Assembly (NCBI RefSeq): GCF_001447785.1
Contig: NW_015172595.1
Location: 251,036 to 314,829, forward strand
DNA from: Gekko japonicus
Lineage: Eukaryota
Length of the DNA stretch: 63,794 nt
Direction: 5' to 3'
Shown: piece by piece, positions 12,211-24,600 of the stretch
How the letters are laid out: each line of letters begins with the position of its first letter
Numbering within the stretch: position 1 is the stretch's first letter
Notes under the pieces: model-generated
The model's input: the letters and a program-made list of their open reading frames with translations, nothing else
What the model was told of the DNA's origin: nothing
The model's database searches: none
Position numbers and translations under genes: made by a program

Positions 12211-13060
12211 TTTGCTGTTCTAGAAATAGAACATGGATTTGAACGTGCACCAGGAATTCAGCTATCAGCTAAGCGGCACAGAGAAAAATCCTCGGAAAGA
12301 GAAATATTTTAAAAAGAAAAGTCTAGAGCAGATCTTTTTGCAATTTTTTTTCTCTCTAGGGGATGCACAAGCTACTCTGGAGTAGCTTGCAAGCCACTGG
12401 GAGTTCATGACCTACCTATTGGAAGCCCCTGATTCAGTGTCAGACACAGGGCTATTGTTTGTTTGTTTTTACCTCATTGAGACCTAAAGCTAAGAAACCT
12501 TTCAAATCTTGTAGTCTAACCTGCCACACAATGTTGGAGAAGGGGAGAAAAAGATAGAGGAATGGTCCACAATGGCACAAACAAGATAAGTGCTTTATGA
12601 GTGATAAAGCAAATGAAAAATGGAAAGGACACAATACTTCTGGCTCAAATACCCTCCCCCTGTATTAACACAGTGCATGCCCCTTTCTCAACAATAAGCT
12701 GGTCCCAGTCAATTGTGTTTTGCTGATGATTAAACCTTGGAGATATTCATGAATATGAATGGAGCTTTCTGACCTGAAGCATATTGTTGCTTTGCATGAA
12801 TGGGGTTATAGTTACCTATTATAGTTCAGCTAATCTTACCTGTAGCTAGATATGAAGAAACAACACATTTTGTCTTTGTTGCTACAATCCTATCATTTCC
12901 CTATTGGAAGAGAATAAAAAAAATCAGTTGCACTAAACATTGAGGGTACATGCTTCACAATCCCCTTGCAATCAATGGTACTTGAAAAGAGTTAATTGCA
13001 GGTGGACTCAGCCTTCTCTTCCATCCCACATATATCTCTCCAAATCAGAACAGGTATTTG

Positions 13061-13148
13061 TACAGCAATCCTAAGCCAAGTAGCATCCTTCAGTGGCCAT
13101 AGACTGTAATGGAATTATAAAGGTGCAGCTCTGTTTAGGATCACAGTG
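13061..13148. mobile_element. Degenerate ~85-bp palindromic MITE
   Basis: Same self-complementary consensus as 24060-24140. Confidence 0.55.
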
Positions 13149-13833
13149 TTAGTGGTGTCAGAGATACTAGATTAGTTAAGATAAAAGTAAGGAAAGAATG
13201 GATATTGGGCAAAAAAACTGCCAACCCTGTAGCAGTGTTGCCCTCCCAAGACCTATCAGCACCGGCGGGAGGGTGGGGGGGATGGTCTTGAAATGAAATC
13301 CTTGTGAAGGTGCAATGCTTTAGCTTTCACCCCAAACCCAGCCTCCTCTTGGCATAACCAGTGAACTTTGGGCACATGCTCGAGTGTCGCCCCTTCATGG
13401 GGACATGACTTCTGGGTCCCACCAGAAGTGACTCACTACATTACTAGCAAATTCCCCTATTTCTCCCCTGCTGGCCCAGCAAGTGGCAGCAAGGGAAGAA
13501 GGCTGCTATCAGATGTTTGCTGTCAATCTGGGAGACGTAACAGCTATACCCTCTAGTCATCATTTTAAAAGCCTTTACAAAGTAGACAAAATGGACATAA
13601 TCAGCTTCCTTCCAGTGCTATCTATTCCTTTCCATACAAGTTTCTATGACCTAACTACCCAGGACTTTGCTTGTTTTATTGTGTAACCTAATGCCATTAG
13701 CTACCTTGGCTCAATGTGTCATTGTTTCTAGCACAGATAATATGCATGATAAAATGCATGATATTTCCTTCATCCTGAAACATTTTGGATACTGTGAAGC
13801 ATCTGAGGGCCCAATATGGCCACTCCTTTCATA

Positions 13834-14504
13834 ACATACATACATACATTCATACATGCATATTAGATTTCTATACTGCTCCTTTTTCCGTAGACTCGGA
13901 GCGGTTTACATAGTTTATACAATTATCTAACCTAGGGGCACATAGATAGGGGACGTGAATTCCTTACCCAGGCACCCCCCCTTATGGGCAGTATCTTTTC
14001 TTCTTAGCTTTTTCCCTGGTGGATTCTTCTTTTTGTTGGTACTGGCGATGTTACCGACGTAGGTCTTCAGGTCTTTCCGGCGCAGGCACAGATCTTTCCA
14101 TCTTTTCAACAGTGACACCTCCCGGTTACGGCAGCACACGATCTTGCCGCGCCTCGGCACCCCTCCAGTCAGCCAGCCTTCGCCTCAAATCACTGCCGCG
14201 CCGTCCTCCGGGGCCGATCGCTCCTGCTTGCTGCCTCACTGCTGTTGCCGCCATCTTCCTCACAGCCCGCTCGCCAGCCTGCCGTTGTTGCTGCCGCCGT
14301 GGAACTTCAGCCAAGGGAGTGCCCCCCCACTCCTAGTGAGTAGGTACCCAATTTATCTAATTGCTTAAGGCATTCGAACCGCTGGGTGGGCGGGAGCTGG
14401 GACTAGGACCGGGAGCTCACCCTGGCCATGGTGGGACTCGAACCACCTAAGCTGTTTGGTCAGATGGAATACTGTAGGCATTTACTGCTTGCACCACCGC
14501 TCCC
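13834..14504 (-). mobile_element. Full-length chimeric SINE (Sauria-type head, variable core, L2-type tail), copy 2
   Basis: The minus strand starts GGGAGCGGTGGTGCAAGCAG (A box) ... GGTTCGAGTCCC (B box), then has a Sauria-like body, a CCGCTCC...GGAGCAG hairpin and a (TATG)n tail. Confidence 0.85.
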
Positions 14505-14931
14505 AGGTAACAGTCACTGAAGTTATTTAGACCCTATCTAGAGTTGGCAGGAAAAAATCTGCCAAGGGGCATAGCCCAGCCCGGTGTCCAGCCACCAAAG
14601 GGAGGGACCAGAGGGCTCATCAGCTAAAGGACAGAGCTGAGCAATCAAAGCACAGAGCAAAAGAGTCAAAAGGCAGAGCCCATAGAAAATACTATCCTCA
14701 TTTATCTCTTCAGTGCTCTCTCTCTGGCTGCCTCTCTCTGTGTGCCTCTGTGGCTGATAGGAGATAGCAAGAAGGAAAGAGAAGCAAAAAAAATGCAGGT
14801 AGTGTTTGGAAAAGCTGTTTTTGAACACAGGAAAGCTCGAGTATATAATGAAAGTCAAAATTGGTTGCAAGTCTAGTGTTGTAAAGTCCTTAAAAGGCAC
14901 TACATCACAAATTCCTGTGCCTTATGATGTG

Positions 14932-15686
14932 TGTAGCAAGGCCAGCAGTCCCTCTGGGCCCAGACAGCAGCTGGAGCCTGCCAACGGCCTGGTGGGGGGT
15001 GGGAATGTGTGGGCCAAGAGTGAACAATCACTGCTGGAGGAAGGGTGGGACTGAATAGGCCCACCAAGACAAATAAAAGGGGAGCATCTGGCATGTGAGG
15101 GGGAAATGGTGATGGAGGAGAGCTGTGGCAAGGAGAAAGTGGCCACAAGAATACGGGAGCATGATCTGGGAGCTACACAGACCTCGAGATTGGCACCGGA
15201 AGCTGGGCTGGAGGCAGTCAAAAGCCCTGCAGCAGAAGAGGACTCGGGGCGAGCAAGCAGCCACCGAGAAGGCAGTAGCAGGCCAGGTAGTCAGTGGCAG
15301 ACATGGCCTTTTGGGGGACGCTTTGGGCCAATGCAGTGGAAGAGAGCCATGGAGAGGACTGACCTCCAACAACACACAAGGAGTGCCAGGGCATGCCGTG
15401 GTGTGAAGGCACAGTAAATGCAGAGGCAGCAGAGGGGGCCCACCCCCCAAAGTGAACTGGACTGACAACTGGGAAGTCCCAGCCCTGGAAGGACTGTTCT
15501 TTGGGATTGGCTGGGTGAGGGATGCACATTGAAGGATGGGGGGGGGAGGTTTAGCATAGGATAGTTAGGGCTGTAGGATGTGGAGCTGTTTGTGGGGTCT
15601 CTGGCTGATGAGGATCAAGGGGAGGAGGGCCCCCCCAAATGAATATGCTGGAGGACCTCTGGTCTGAGGCCCTTTAACCCATGACA
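14932..15686 (+). mobile_element. Probable solo LTR
   Basis: TGTA...GACA termini, near-TSD ATGTG/AAGTG, internal TATA-like ATAAAAGG (~15074) and GC-rich composition. Confidence 0.5.
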
Positions 15687-15785
15687 AAGTGTTAAATAGT
15701 TTTAAAAACCAGTCTGTTCCTTTCCTTATATGATAACTTCTGCCTATTGGCCATCGGAGGAAATTGACTTGCCAGTGAAAACTGA

Positions 15786-15982
15786 GAGAGAACCACAGCT
15801 CAAAGATTAAGCATCTGCTTTATAGGCAGAAGGTTTCAAGTTCGACTGAAGTTAAAAGGATCAGGTAGCAGATGAGGGTCTTCACATGAGATCCTGGAGA
15901 GCGACTGGCAGCCAGTGTAGGCAAGACTGGCCTCAATACACTAATGATCTGGCTGAGTATAAGGCAATTTTGTGTGTTCATG
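15786..15982 (+). mobile_element. Squam2-like tRNA SINE (degenerate)
   Basis: Shares GCATCTGCTT..CAGAAGG..GTTAAAAGGATCAGG..CCTGGAGAG with the copies at 40207 and 54594. Confidence 0.7.
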
Positions 15983-16061
15983 TTAAACATTTCTGGTTGG
16001 CAACCCTAATCCTGCCTGTCCTTAGAACTCCTTCAGCTCTTTGTCAGAGGACACACTGTAT

Positions 16062-16353
16062 AAGAAGAAGAAGAAGAAGAGAAGAGATTGGATTTATACC
16101 CTACCCTTCACTACCCAAAGGTGTCTCAGAGTGGCTTACAAACTCCTTTCCCTTCCCCTCCCTACAACAGACACCCTGTGAGGTAGGTGGGGCTGAGAGA
16201 ACTCTGACAGAAACTGCTCTTTTTCAAGAACAGCTCTTATTAGAACTACGGCTTGCCCAAGGTCATCCAGCCAGGTGCAAATGGAGGAGTTGGGAATCAA
16301 ACCCGGTTCTCCCAGATTAGAGTCCGCGCACTTAACCACAACACCAAACTGGC
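16062..16353 (-). mobile_element. Squam3-like SINE
   Basis: tRNA-like head AGCCAGTTTGGTGTTGTGGTTAAG on the minus strand and a (TTC)n tail. Confidence 0.9.
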
Positions 16354-18469
16354 TACACCAAATTGGCCAGTTGTCCTTCAAATGTGTCATGGGCTTTCTG
16401 GTGGGCTCCCTTGCCATCTTGATTGCTTGGGGCCTCCAAACTAGTTCACAAGTTCCATGTATGTAGTTGGTCTTACACGGTGCTTATAAAACTGTAGAAT
16501 TACAAAGACTGAAAGAGATTACACAATGACATTGTCTAGGCCCTCTATTTATATCTATGACAAGCCCCAAACAGGAAGGACATGCAAGGCATTATTTTGT
16601 TTGGAAGGAATCCACATCTATGAACAACCACAGGATTCTTTTTGTCTCCTTTCTCCTTCTGCTCTCTGATTCATCCTTCCTGGCCACATACTGCTCTCAT
16701 CTGTGCTACCCCAATCACATGCTTTGCCATCTGGGCTTTTTTCCCAGCATGGAGAGGCAATTTTGCAACCGTCTCATTTTCCTGGTGTGGTTGTATTTTT
16801 AAAAAAGAGGAGATTTAACAGGGAAAAGGTCATAAAGGAGGGGGGGGATGACCGTCCTTACGCTCATCCTACATTGCCCTGTGGTGAATGGATTAATGTT
16901 AACATCCCAAAAGATTACCTTTGACGTTGCTCCCTGCACTTCCCATCTGGAATGAAAAGATGTTAGTGATGGTGTGACTGACAACCTGAATGATAGTTAG
17001 CACTACAAACACCCTGATTTAGCCCATCTTTTCTCCTTTACTTGCACCAGATGATAAAGACTATCTTAAAACCAGAGTAAAATACTTTGGAGTGTATGTT
17101 TCTCAATGCTCCACCTTACTTCACAAAAGACAAAGTTCCCTTCTTAATAATTTGCTTGAGTCAAGCAAAGGTGCTCTGTGATTTCCATAGCTGTCATAAT
17201 ATGTGGGGAGGAATTGATTTAGAGCCCCAGGCAGGAAATATGGAGGACAGAGCTCCCACCTGCACATAAAGGTGCTATCAGATAATTTCATTAGAACAGG
17301 AAGCCAACTTGTTTCAAGTTCCATTTTGTTACAGACAATGGTGGCTACAATGTTGGATGAAACTCTCAGCAGAACAAGAAGCTTTCAAGCTTGGCTGATA
17401 TCCACCAACAGGAAGCATTATAATGGTAAAGGAGGCATGCTTACAAAATTCTCACCTGCTATTTCTCAGATTTGGGGATTCTGAATTGCAGGAATGTTTT
17501 ACCAAAGTGGCGCCAATGATGTCAGATTCTACTGTTCCTCCAGATCCATAGTTTGAAAATCTCTGATATAAGTAATAATGAATTGAAGAGGAAAAGAGGT
17601 CATTATGTTAAGATAAATCCTGGGATACTGTTGAAAAGCAAAATTATAAATAATCCAGGAAAAAATACATTACTTCCAAAAAATTGTGTGTGTGTGTGCG
17701 CGTGTGTAATTAAAATATTTGTTCTTTCAGCTGGGGAGGAGATAGCAGAATTTACTGAGAAAATAACGGGCTGACACTAGGCATCTATCAAGGAATTAGA
17801 AAGGAGGCATGGCTGGATATGGCAGAAGCTGGGCAAAATGAAAGCCATTGAGATCATGAATGAATCTTAGGCTGTTTGATTAACTAGACACTTTCAGTCG
17901 CCTGTGTCTTTGCCTCTCTCCAGCCGTTTCTCCTGGGAATTCATAGCTCAGGACTGAGCTAAAGCCTATGCTGTACCACTACTTTATGACTCCACAGAAA
18001 GTCTTTTCAGTATTGGTCTATACAGCTTGGGGCAGGACAGGCATGTGTCATTGGCTAGGCACCTGGAAGGGTACATCTGTACACTTGAAGCTGACTTATG
18101 CCCCTTGTCAGGCTAGACCATCTATCCCTGGAGTGCGGTCTACTCTGCCTGGCTTGCCAGAATCTACAGCAAGGTTTTCCCCAGCCCTGCAACATGTAGA
18201 TACAGGGACTGAACCCTGCATCTTCTGCCTTGCTGAGCTACGACTTTCCCTAAGGTCCCCTTCTCTGCTTCTGTGGCCCTTGCTTCTTTTCCCACCCAAA
18301 TCTATTGTTGGCTGGATACCCAAAAGATAGGCTTTTCCTTGTAGAAGACATTTGTATCTTGAACCCCCACCTCCAGTTCCTCATTGCCTTGTTCTTTAGG
18401 TCTGAAAGTCTAGCCAGGTCTCAGTTTTGACTTTTATGTGTTGAATCATTCATCATTGAAGATGAGGGG

Positions 18470-18805
18470 CATTTGATTCAGGAAAGGCAAAAAGAAAAAC
18501 TTCAATGGCTAATTAAATTTTGGAATCCACTACCAGTGGACATATTGATGGCCACAAGCATGGATGGCTTTAAAAGGGGGGTCAGATAGATTCATGCGGG
18601 ATTGGTCCATCAGTGGCTAATAGCTATGTTGAATAAACGTAACCTCCATATTCAGAGGCAGCCAATGTCTGAATTCCAGTCTATGGGTCAGCATCAGCTT
18701 TTATGCCCTATTTCTTGGCCCTCTGAGGCAATTGGTTGGCTACTGTGTGAGGCAGGATGCTGGACTAGATGGATCACTGGTCTGATCCAGCGGGACTCTT
18801 ATGTG
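18470..18805 (+). mobile_element. CR1 3' fragment
   Basis: Homologous to the 3' ends at 46100-46490 and 61680-62048. Confidence 0.75.
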
Positions 18806-21357
18806 CTCATCACTGTCTGTGAGAGTTAGTGTGATGTAGCCATGAAATACATCGGGTGACCTTGGGCCAGTAGTTTCAGCCAAATCTATCTCAGAATTGT
18901 TGTGAAGATGAAAAAGTGGAGGGCAAAAACTGTATATGCTACCCTGAGCTCTTTGGAGAAAGCATGAAATAAAAGACAACTGACAAATAGTGCCCATGTT
19001 TCTCCACTGGAGGGGACCTTGTTCCCTCATACAAAGAGACCCCAAAGCAAATGTATTTGTGCGCTCTCCTTGGTACCTCAGCAGGATTCATTATGCAGGT
19101 ATCCTCCTGACCTAGTGGACCATATAAGTCTCTGATAGTCTGTGACTGTCCAGTGTTCTGGCAGCCCACTTTTATGCTATATGTGGGAGAGTGTTTAAGA
19201 ATCTTCTGTGGGGTAATCCTGGTTTCCTAGCAACTGCTGCACTTTTATTGACACATGGTGAATGTGGGTTGATGAGGAGCTGACAGGAACACTTGGGATT
19301 GGCTGTTGGTTTGTGTTTTTTTATTTTGTTTCAATTGCTATGATTGTACAACTGTTCTGGAATTGGTCATACAGGATTGGGATTGCATGATGCTTCCGTA
19401 ATGCTGATGTCGTGGATGCCCAATTTAGTGAGACCATGGGATTTCCTGGCCTGATAGTGTCTTTTCATCCATTGTTTAATAACAATTGCAGATAATGGAG
19501 GTCCTAGTAGTGTAAGATCCGTTAAGAGAAATATCTATTGTAAGCAGTCACTTTGGATTAGAATCTACAGAAATGAAACCAGTTTAAGCAAATAGAGGAC
19601 CCATGTAAAAACCAATAAAAGTTCCTTCATTTCCTATATTATAGCCTTCATGATTGTTCTTCCAGCCTAGAACAAGACAACCAATCCTGTATGGCAAATA
19701 ATAACACTCATCAATTCCATAGGCCTACCAAGGAAGAGGCTTCATAGCAGGAAAGAGTTCCTTTTACCTCTAGGAGTAAATAAGTGTTTGAAATAGTTGG
19801 CTTCATTGCTATGTACACAAAATTCAGATTCCTTATGTTGTGACCTGCAACTTTTCTATGCAGATAATGTTATGGTTGTCCAGAGGTTGTGTGGGCAGTC
19901 TTTCTTGAGGAAAATACAGGAAGACAAGGGTGTCATGGGCTAGTAAACAATAAAGAGTAGCAGCTCTGGAAACCACACACAGCACACAGATCCCTCACAG
20001 CAGAAGGGACATATGAGGGGCATTACCACCACTCTCCTCTTTTATCTACCAGTTTCCGGCTTCTCGTGATAACCCTCTGAGCTACTGCACAAATGTATCA
20101 TTTTAGAGGGCATGTTTAAGATGATTTGCATGTATGCCAAAAAATATGGAATGCAGATGAAACAAGCATACACAGAAGTCAAGTGTCCTGTATGAGTACA
20201 CTTGTCAAGGAGTTGTGGTTATTGTTTTTTCTTCTTGAATGCATACTTGACAGAAAGTCTGGATTTGCTTCTATGTAACATGTGAATAAGCCAGTTAGCT
20301 TTTGCGCAATGCCAGTTTCAGAAGGAGAGGTTTGCATCAGAGGCCCACACATGCCAGTGTCCAGCCTTCACCCTAGGCCTGAACAGAAGCCCCTTGATAG
20401 ATGCATAAGAAAACAAATGAAAACAAGAATAGCAATATGTACAGTGCTTTTAATTAAGGATGTGTGAATCAAGTGACAGCTCCTGATATTTTGCTGCCTG
20501 GGGCAGTAGAGGCAGCAGATTATGCCCCCCCATCCCCTGCCTTGACTTAATGCCCATTCTCAGCTCCCTCCCCCCCCACCTTGCCTCTGCTTAGAAGCTT
20601 GAGGCTCCAGTCTTACCTCCTCACTCCCTCAGCCCTCTTTAAAAACAATGCAGCAAGCCACACATGCTGTATAGGACTCCTTGAACTCTTGTGAGAGTCC
20701 TTCCTCTCATATGAGTTCAACCACCATTTTTGGTTCTCTTGACAACAATCAAAATGGCAGCCAAATTTTTCCAGAAGGAATCTTGCAGCATTTGGGGGGC
20801 TGGAATGCATGACCGGCTGTGGTATTTTTAAGGAGCCTTGTGGGAGCAAGGAGCTAAATAGGTTTGTGTTCTTCAGCACCCAGACAGGAGGCAGGCTAGC
20901 AATGGGAGGCTGGCAGTGGGTGGAATGCTTCCGAATCTGCTACCAGAGGCAGCTTCTCCAGGTCATTTCATTATACAGCCAGCCCTGCGTGGGTTTTCCC
21001 CCATTCCTTTAGAACTCTAGTTGAATTTCACTTTTCCTGAATTCTAATTTAACTATGAGAATTTTTACAATTCCAGACTGAAGAATTGTCAGTTTCCTAC
21101 CACTTTTAGCTCCTTCGGTTCATTAGCATCCCCCCCTCTTTGTGATTATATGTATGATAGAATAAAGATTCTGTGTGTTGTTTTGTGTGAATGTGTTCCT
21201 ATAGACTTGTACTCCTTGATAACCCACAATATAATCTCACTGAAACATTTGCCCACAAGCACACCAGCAACTTTCTACCCCTCCATATTTTGTATCCAGG
21301 TTAATATGAAGAGCAACCACAATCTGTCCATGTTGCTACTTCTGAACCTACCTGATG

Positions 21358-21643
21358 CTTGGTGTAGTGGTTAGGTGTGTGGACTCTAGTCTGGGAGAAC
21401 CGGGTTTGATTCCCCACTCCTCCACTTGCACTTGCTGGATGACCTTGGGCAAGCCATAGTTCTGGCACAAGCTGTTCTTGAAAAAGAGCAGTTTCTCTCA
21501 GAGCTCTCTCAGCCCCACCTACCTCACAGGGTGTCTGTTGTGGGGAGTGGAAGGGAAAGGAGTTTGTAAGCTGCTCTGAGACTCCTTTGGGTAGTGAAGG
21601 GCGGGGTATAAATCCAGTCTCCTCCTCCTCCTCTTCTTCTTCT
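21358..21643 (+). mobile_element. Squam3-like SINE
   Basis: TGGTGTAGTGGTTAGG...GGTTTGATTCCCC head and a (CTC/TTC)n tail. Confidence 0.9.
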
Positions 21644-21754
21644 TTTTAAAAATTTCTGTACAACCTCTTTGTATAAACAGATTCCACTCCATTTTTTTTT
21701 TTTTAAAAAATCTGATTACTCTTTACGTACCAGCTCATCAATGGTTTGTATATT

Positions 21755-21983
21755 GGATTGCCAGCTCTGGGTTGGGGAAAACCTGGAGATTTGGTGGGGT
21801 GAAGCCTGGAGAAGGCGGGGTTTGGGGAGGGAAGGAACCTCAGCTGTACCTCAGTTGGGTACAATGCCATAGAATCCACCCTATAAAGCATCCATTTTCT
21901 CCAGGGGAACTGATCTTAGTCATCTAGAGATCAATTGTAATAGCAGGAAATATCCAGCTGCCACCTGGAGGCTGGCAACCCTG
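21755..21983. mobile_element. hAT-type MITE (..GTTGCCA / TGGCAACCCT family); related pieces at ~22290-22545, 32083-32280 and 37630-37880
   Basis: Shared internal AACTGATCT...GAGATCA..TGTAAT and GGCAACCCT termini. Confidence 0.65.
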
Positions 21984-22977
21984 TTTGTATATGTAGCTTG
22001 GAAGTAACTGTAGAAGTATGCTGTAGGGCTATCTTTCGGCTATGCTCCTGCAGAGTGCAGGGGGTTGGACTAGATTACCTGCAAGGTCCCTTCCAACTAT
22101 AACATTCTATGATTCTATGACATAAACCAGACAAGACATTTCCTCAGACCACTTGTCAGTTTCACCTGTGTAGCCCAGGGACTTTCTGCAGAGTTTTCAT
22201 GGATATTTGATACCGAGGGGTGGAGGAGCAGAAATCCCTGAGGAACATATAGTTGATGCCCCTAGATAAACATGCTCAGGTTGGAGCCTCAATAAATGTC
22301 ATAGAGTCCACCTTCCAAAGGAGCCTTTTTCTCCAAAAGAACTGATCTCTGTTGCCTGGAGATCAGTTGTAATTCCAGGAGGTGCTTTAGAGCCAGTACC
22401 CTTGCACTCTATGGCATTATATCCCATTGACGTCCCTCCCCTCTCCAAACCTAATGCTGTGCCAACCTCCAGGTGATGACTGGAAATGTCCTGGGATTAC
22501 AACTGATCTCCAGGCAACAGAGATCAGTTCACTTGGCAACCCTAGATGTGGGTGGGGATAGGGGGGGCATAACACTAGCTGTGATGTCATGCCTCATCCA
22601 ATACAAAAAAAATAGGAAGCTCTATGAATTTCTGGAAACTCGATGGTTTCTGAAGATTCCAAGAGCTACCCTGAAAGTAACAAAGGGTATGGCAAAAACA
22701 TAGAGTTTCTGGGAATTCCTAGAGCTACCTTTTGTCACTTCTGGTTTTTTACTGGAAGTGATGAGATGCCACAGCCAGCGTCCCACCACTTGTAATGGGA
22801 GCAGGGGCAGTACATCCCCCTAACAGCCCTGGCAAAAACTGTGCTCATGAAGCCAAAAACCTGTTGAGAGATGGTTGTATTTTTGAAGAATATGCATGCA
22901 TCTTCAAAATCAATGTCAGAAAAGTCTCCACTGACCTCTTTAGTGGCATCCAAAGTGGCTGACATAGTTCTCCTCTC

Positions 22978-23132
22978 ATCCAATTTATCCTCACAACAAC
23001 CCTGTGGGGTAAGTTAGTCTGAGAGTGTGTGACTGGCCCAAGATCACCCAGCAGTTCCATGGCAGAGTAGGGATTTGAACTTGCGTCTCCGGGCTCCTAA
23101 TCCAGCACTTAAACCTGTACACCAGACTGGCT
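22978..23132 (-). mobile_element. Older Ther1/MIR-like SINE
   Basis: ATCCTCACAACAACCCTGTG core and GGGATTTGAAC B-box remnant. Confidence 0.7.
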
Positions 23133-23769
23133 CTAAGTTATAAGATTCTTGTTTTGGGGGGTAACAATATGCGGACTTTGAATCAGATGTTCAGTTGGAG
23201 TTTGGTGCTTCCCAGTTTCACGTGTCCATTTCTTCTTGTGACTGGGCTACACGCAGAGAGAGAAGTAGTGGTTGCAGCCTTCCCCTCCATACTGTTTTCT
23301 GCTCCCTGTGGACTGGCTGTTACTATTGGTTCAGTTTGCAAAATCACCTTACATACATGGCCGCACATAAGTTTTGTAACAGACCAATAGGGGCTGCATT
23401 AATAAAGCCTAGCTTACTTGTTACTTATTCATAGGGTCACCATAGGTCGGAAGGGACTTCCCAGCACTTAACACACACATTGATTACTTGTATCTTCACT
23501 CCAGGTGCTGTTATGACCATTCTAAGCCATTGCCCTAATAAAGGTCACAACATTAGTATTATGGATCACAGTGGAATATTTAGTATGAGCCCCCGATGGG
23601 GGATAATGACTTCCGAGTTACAAAAGAAAGAAAAGAAGAATGTGCAGGTATGGTAGCCCTCCACCCCAACAAGAGAAAAAATGGAAAACAGACGATAAAA
23701 GGGAAGATAGCAGAGAATTACATTAGAAATACATTTTTTTAAAAAAAAAATCTGAACTGGTCAAATGTG

Positions 23770-24600
23770 AGAATGTTTAATTTTACTATTATTTTTTTTA
23801 ACTGCAAAAAATACTTTTATCCATCAACTTAATTACAGATTTCAGATTTCTCATAAAGAAGAGAAAAGCGACAGATAACACCAGATACATTACAAAATAT
23901 AACTGCAGATCCATCTCCTAAATAAATAAATGGATAAATAAATAAGCAGACAAATCATCTTTGCAGTGCAAATAGACAGGGACAATTATATTTCAATTAC
24001 AACAGAGTCCATCTTCTTAATCATAGGTTTCTAAATTCGGTCCATCTTGTGTCTCCAACAGTGCAATCCTCAGAAGAGTTGTACCCTTCTAAGCCTGTTG
24101 ACTGCAATGGATTTAGAAGGGTGTAACTGACATTGCACTGCAAATCTCTGCTATTCAGTCAGTCTAATTAATTTAGACAAATCCTTCACTTCATTCACAC
24201 AATCATCCTTAATAGGAAGAGGCTTGGATTTCCAGCATTTGGCAAATTTCAGTCTCACAGCCATAAGAACATTTAAAACCAATACTTGTAATCCCTTAGG
24301 GACCATCACCATGTAATTCAACAATACATTTTCAAGACCACAAAGAAGCTCAGTGCCTAATCCCTTTGAAATAACAGATGAAATAATCAACCAGCACCCT
24401 TGCACTCATGTGCATAACCACCACAGATGATAAAAAGAAGCCACTCCTGAATTACAAATCGTTCGTATTATTATATATCAGTGCAAGTTTCCATGGTGAT
24501 AAAAATATAATGGAATTGTGATAAAAATATGATAGAAATATGTTTGCACCCAACCTTTGACAAGTGATCATACAAGTGCAATTGTGCTTTGTCTGTACTG
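23770..24600 (-). mobile_element. Decayed L1 3' end
   Basis: Minus-strand peptide NVLMAVRLKFAKCWKSKPLP is similar to the L1 ORF2 C-terminus. A T-rich tail lies at ~23780-23800. Confidence 0.6.
24060..24140. mobile_element. ~80-bp palindromic MITE nested in the L1
   Basis: CAGTGCAAT...ATTGCACTG termini and internal CCCTTCTAA/TTAGAAGGG symmetry. Confidence 0.75.

Noticed and set aside
12724-12777. TGATGA...CTGA pair suggesting a C/D box snoRNA
   Set aside because: Short, box C lacks the leading purine, the terminal stem is weak and I recognise no rRNA guide. A similar chance pair occurs at 45214-45311.
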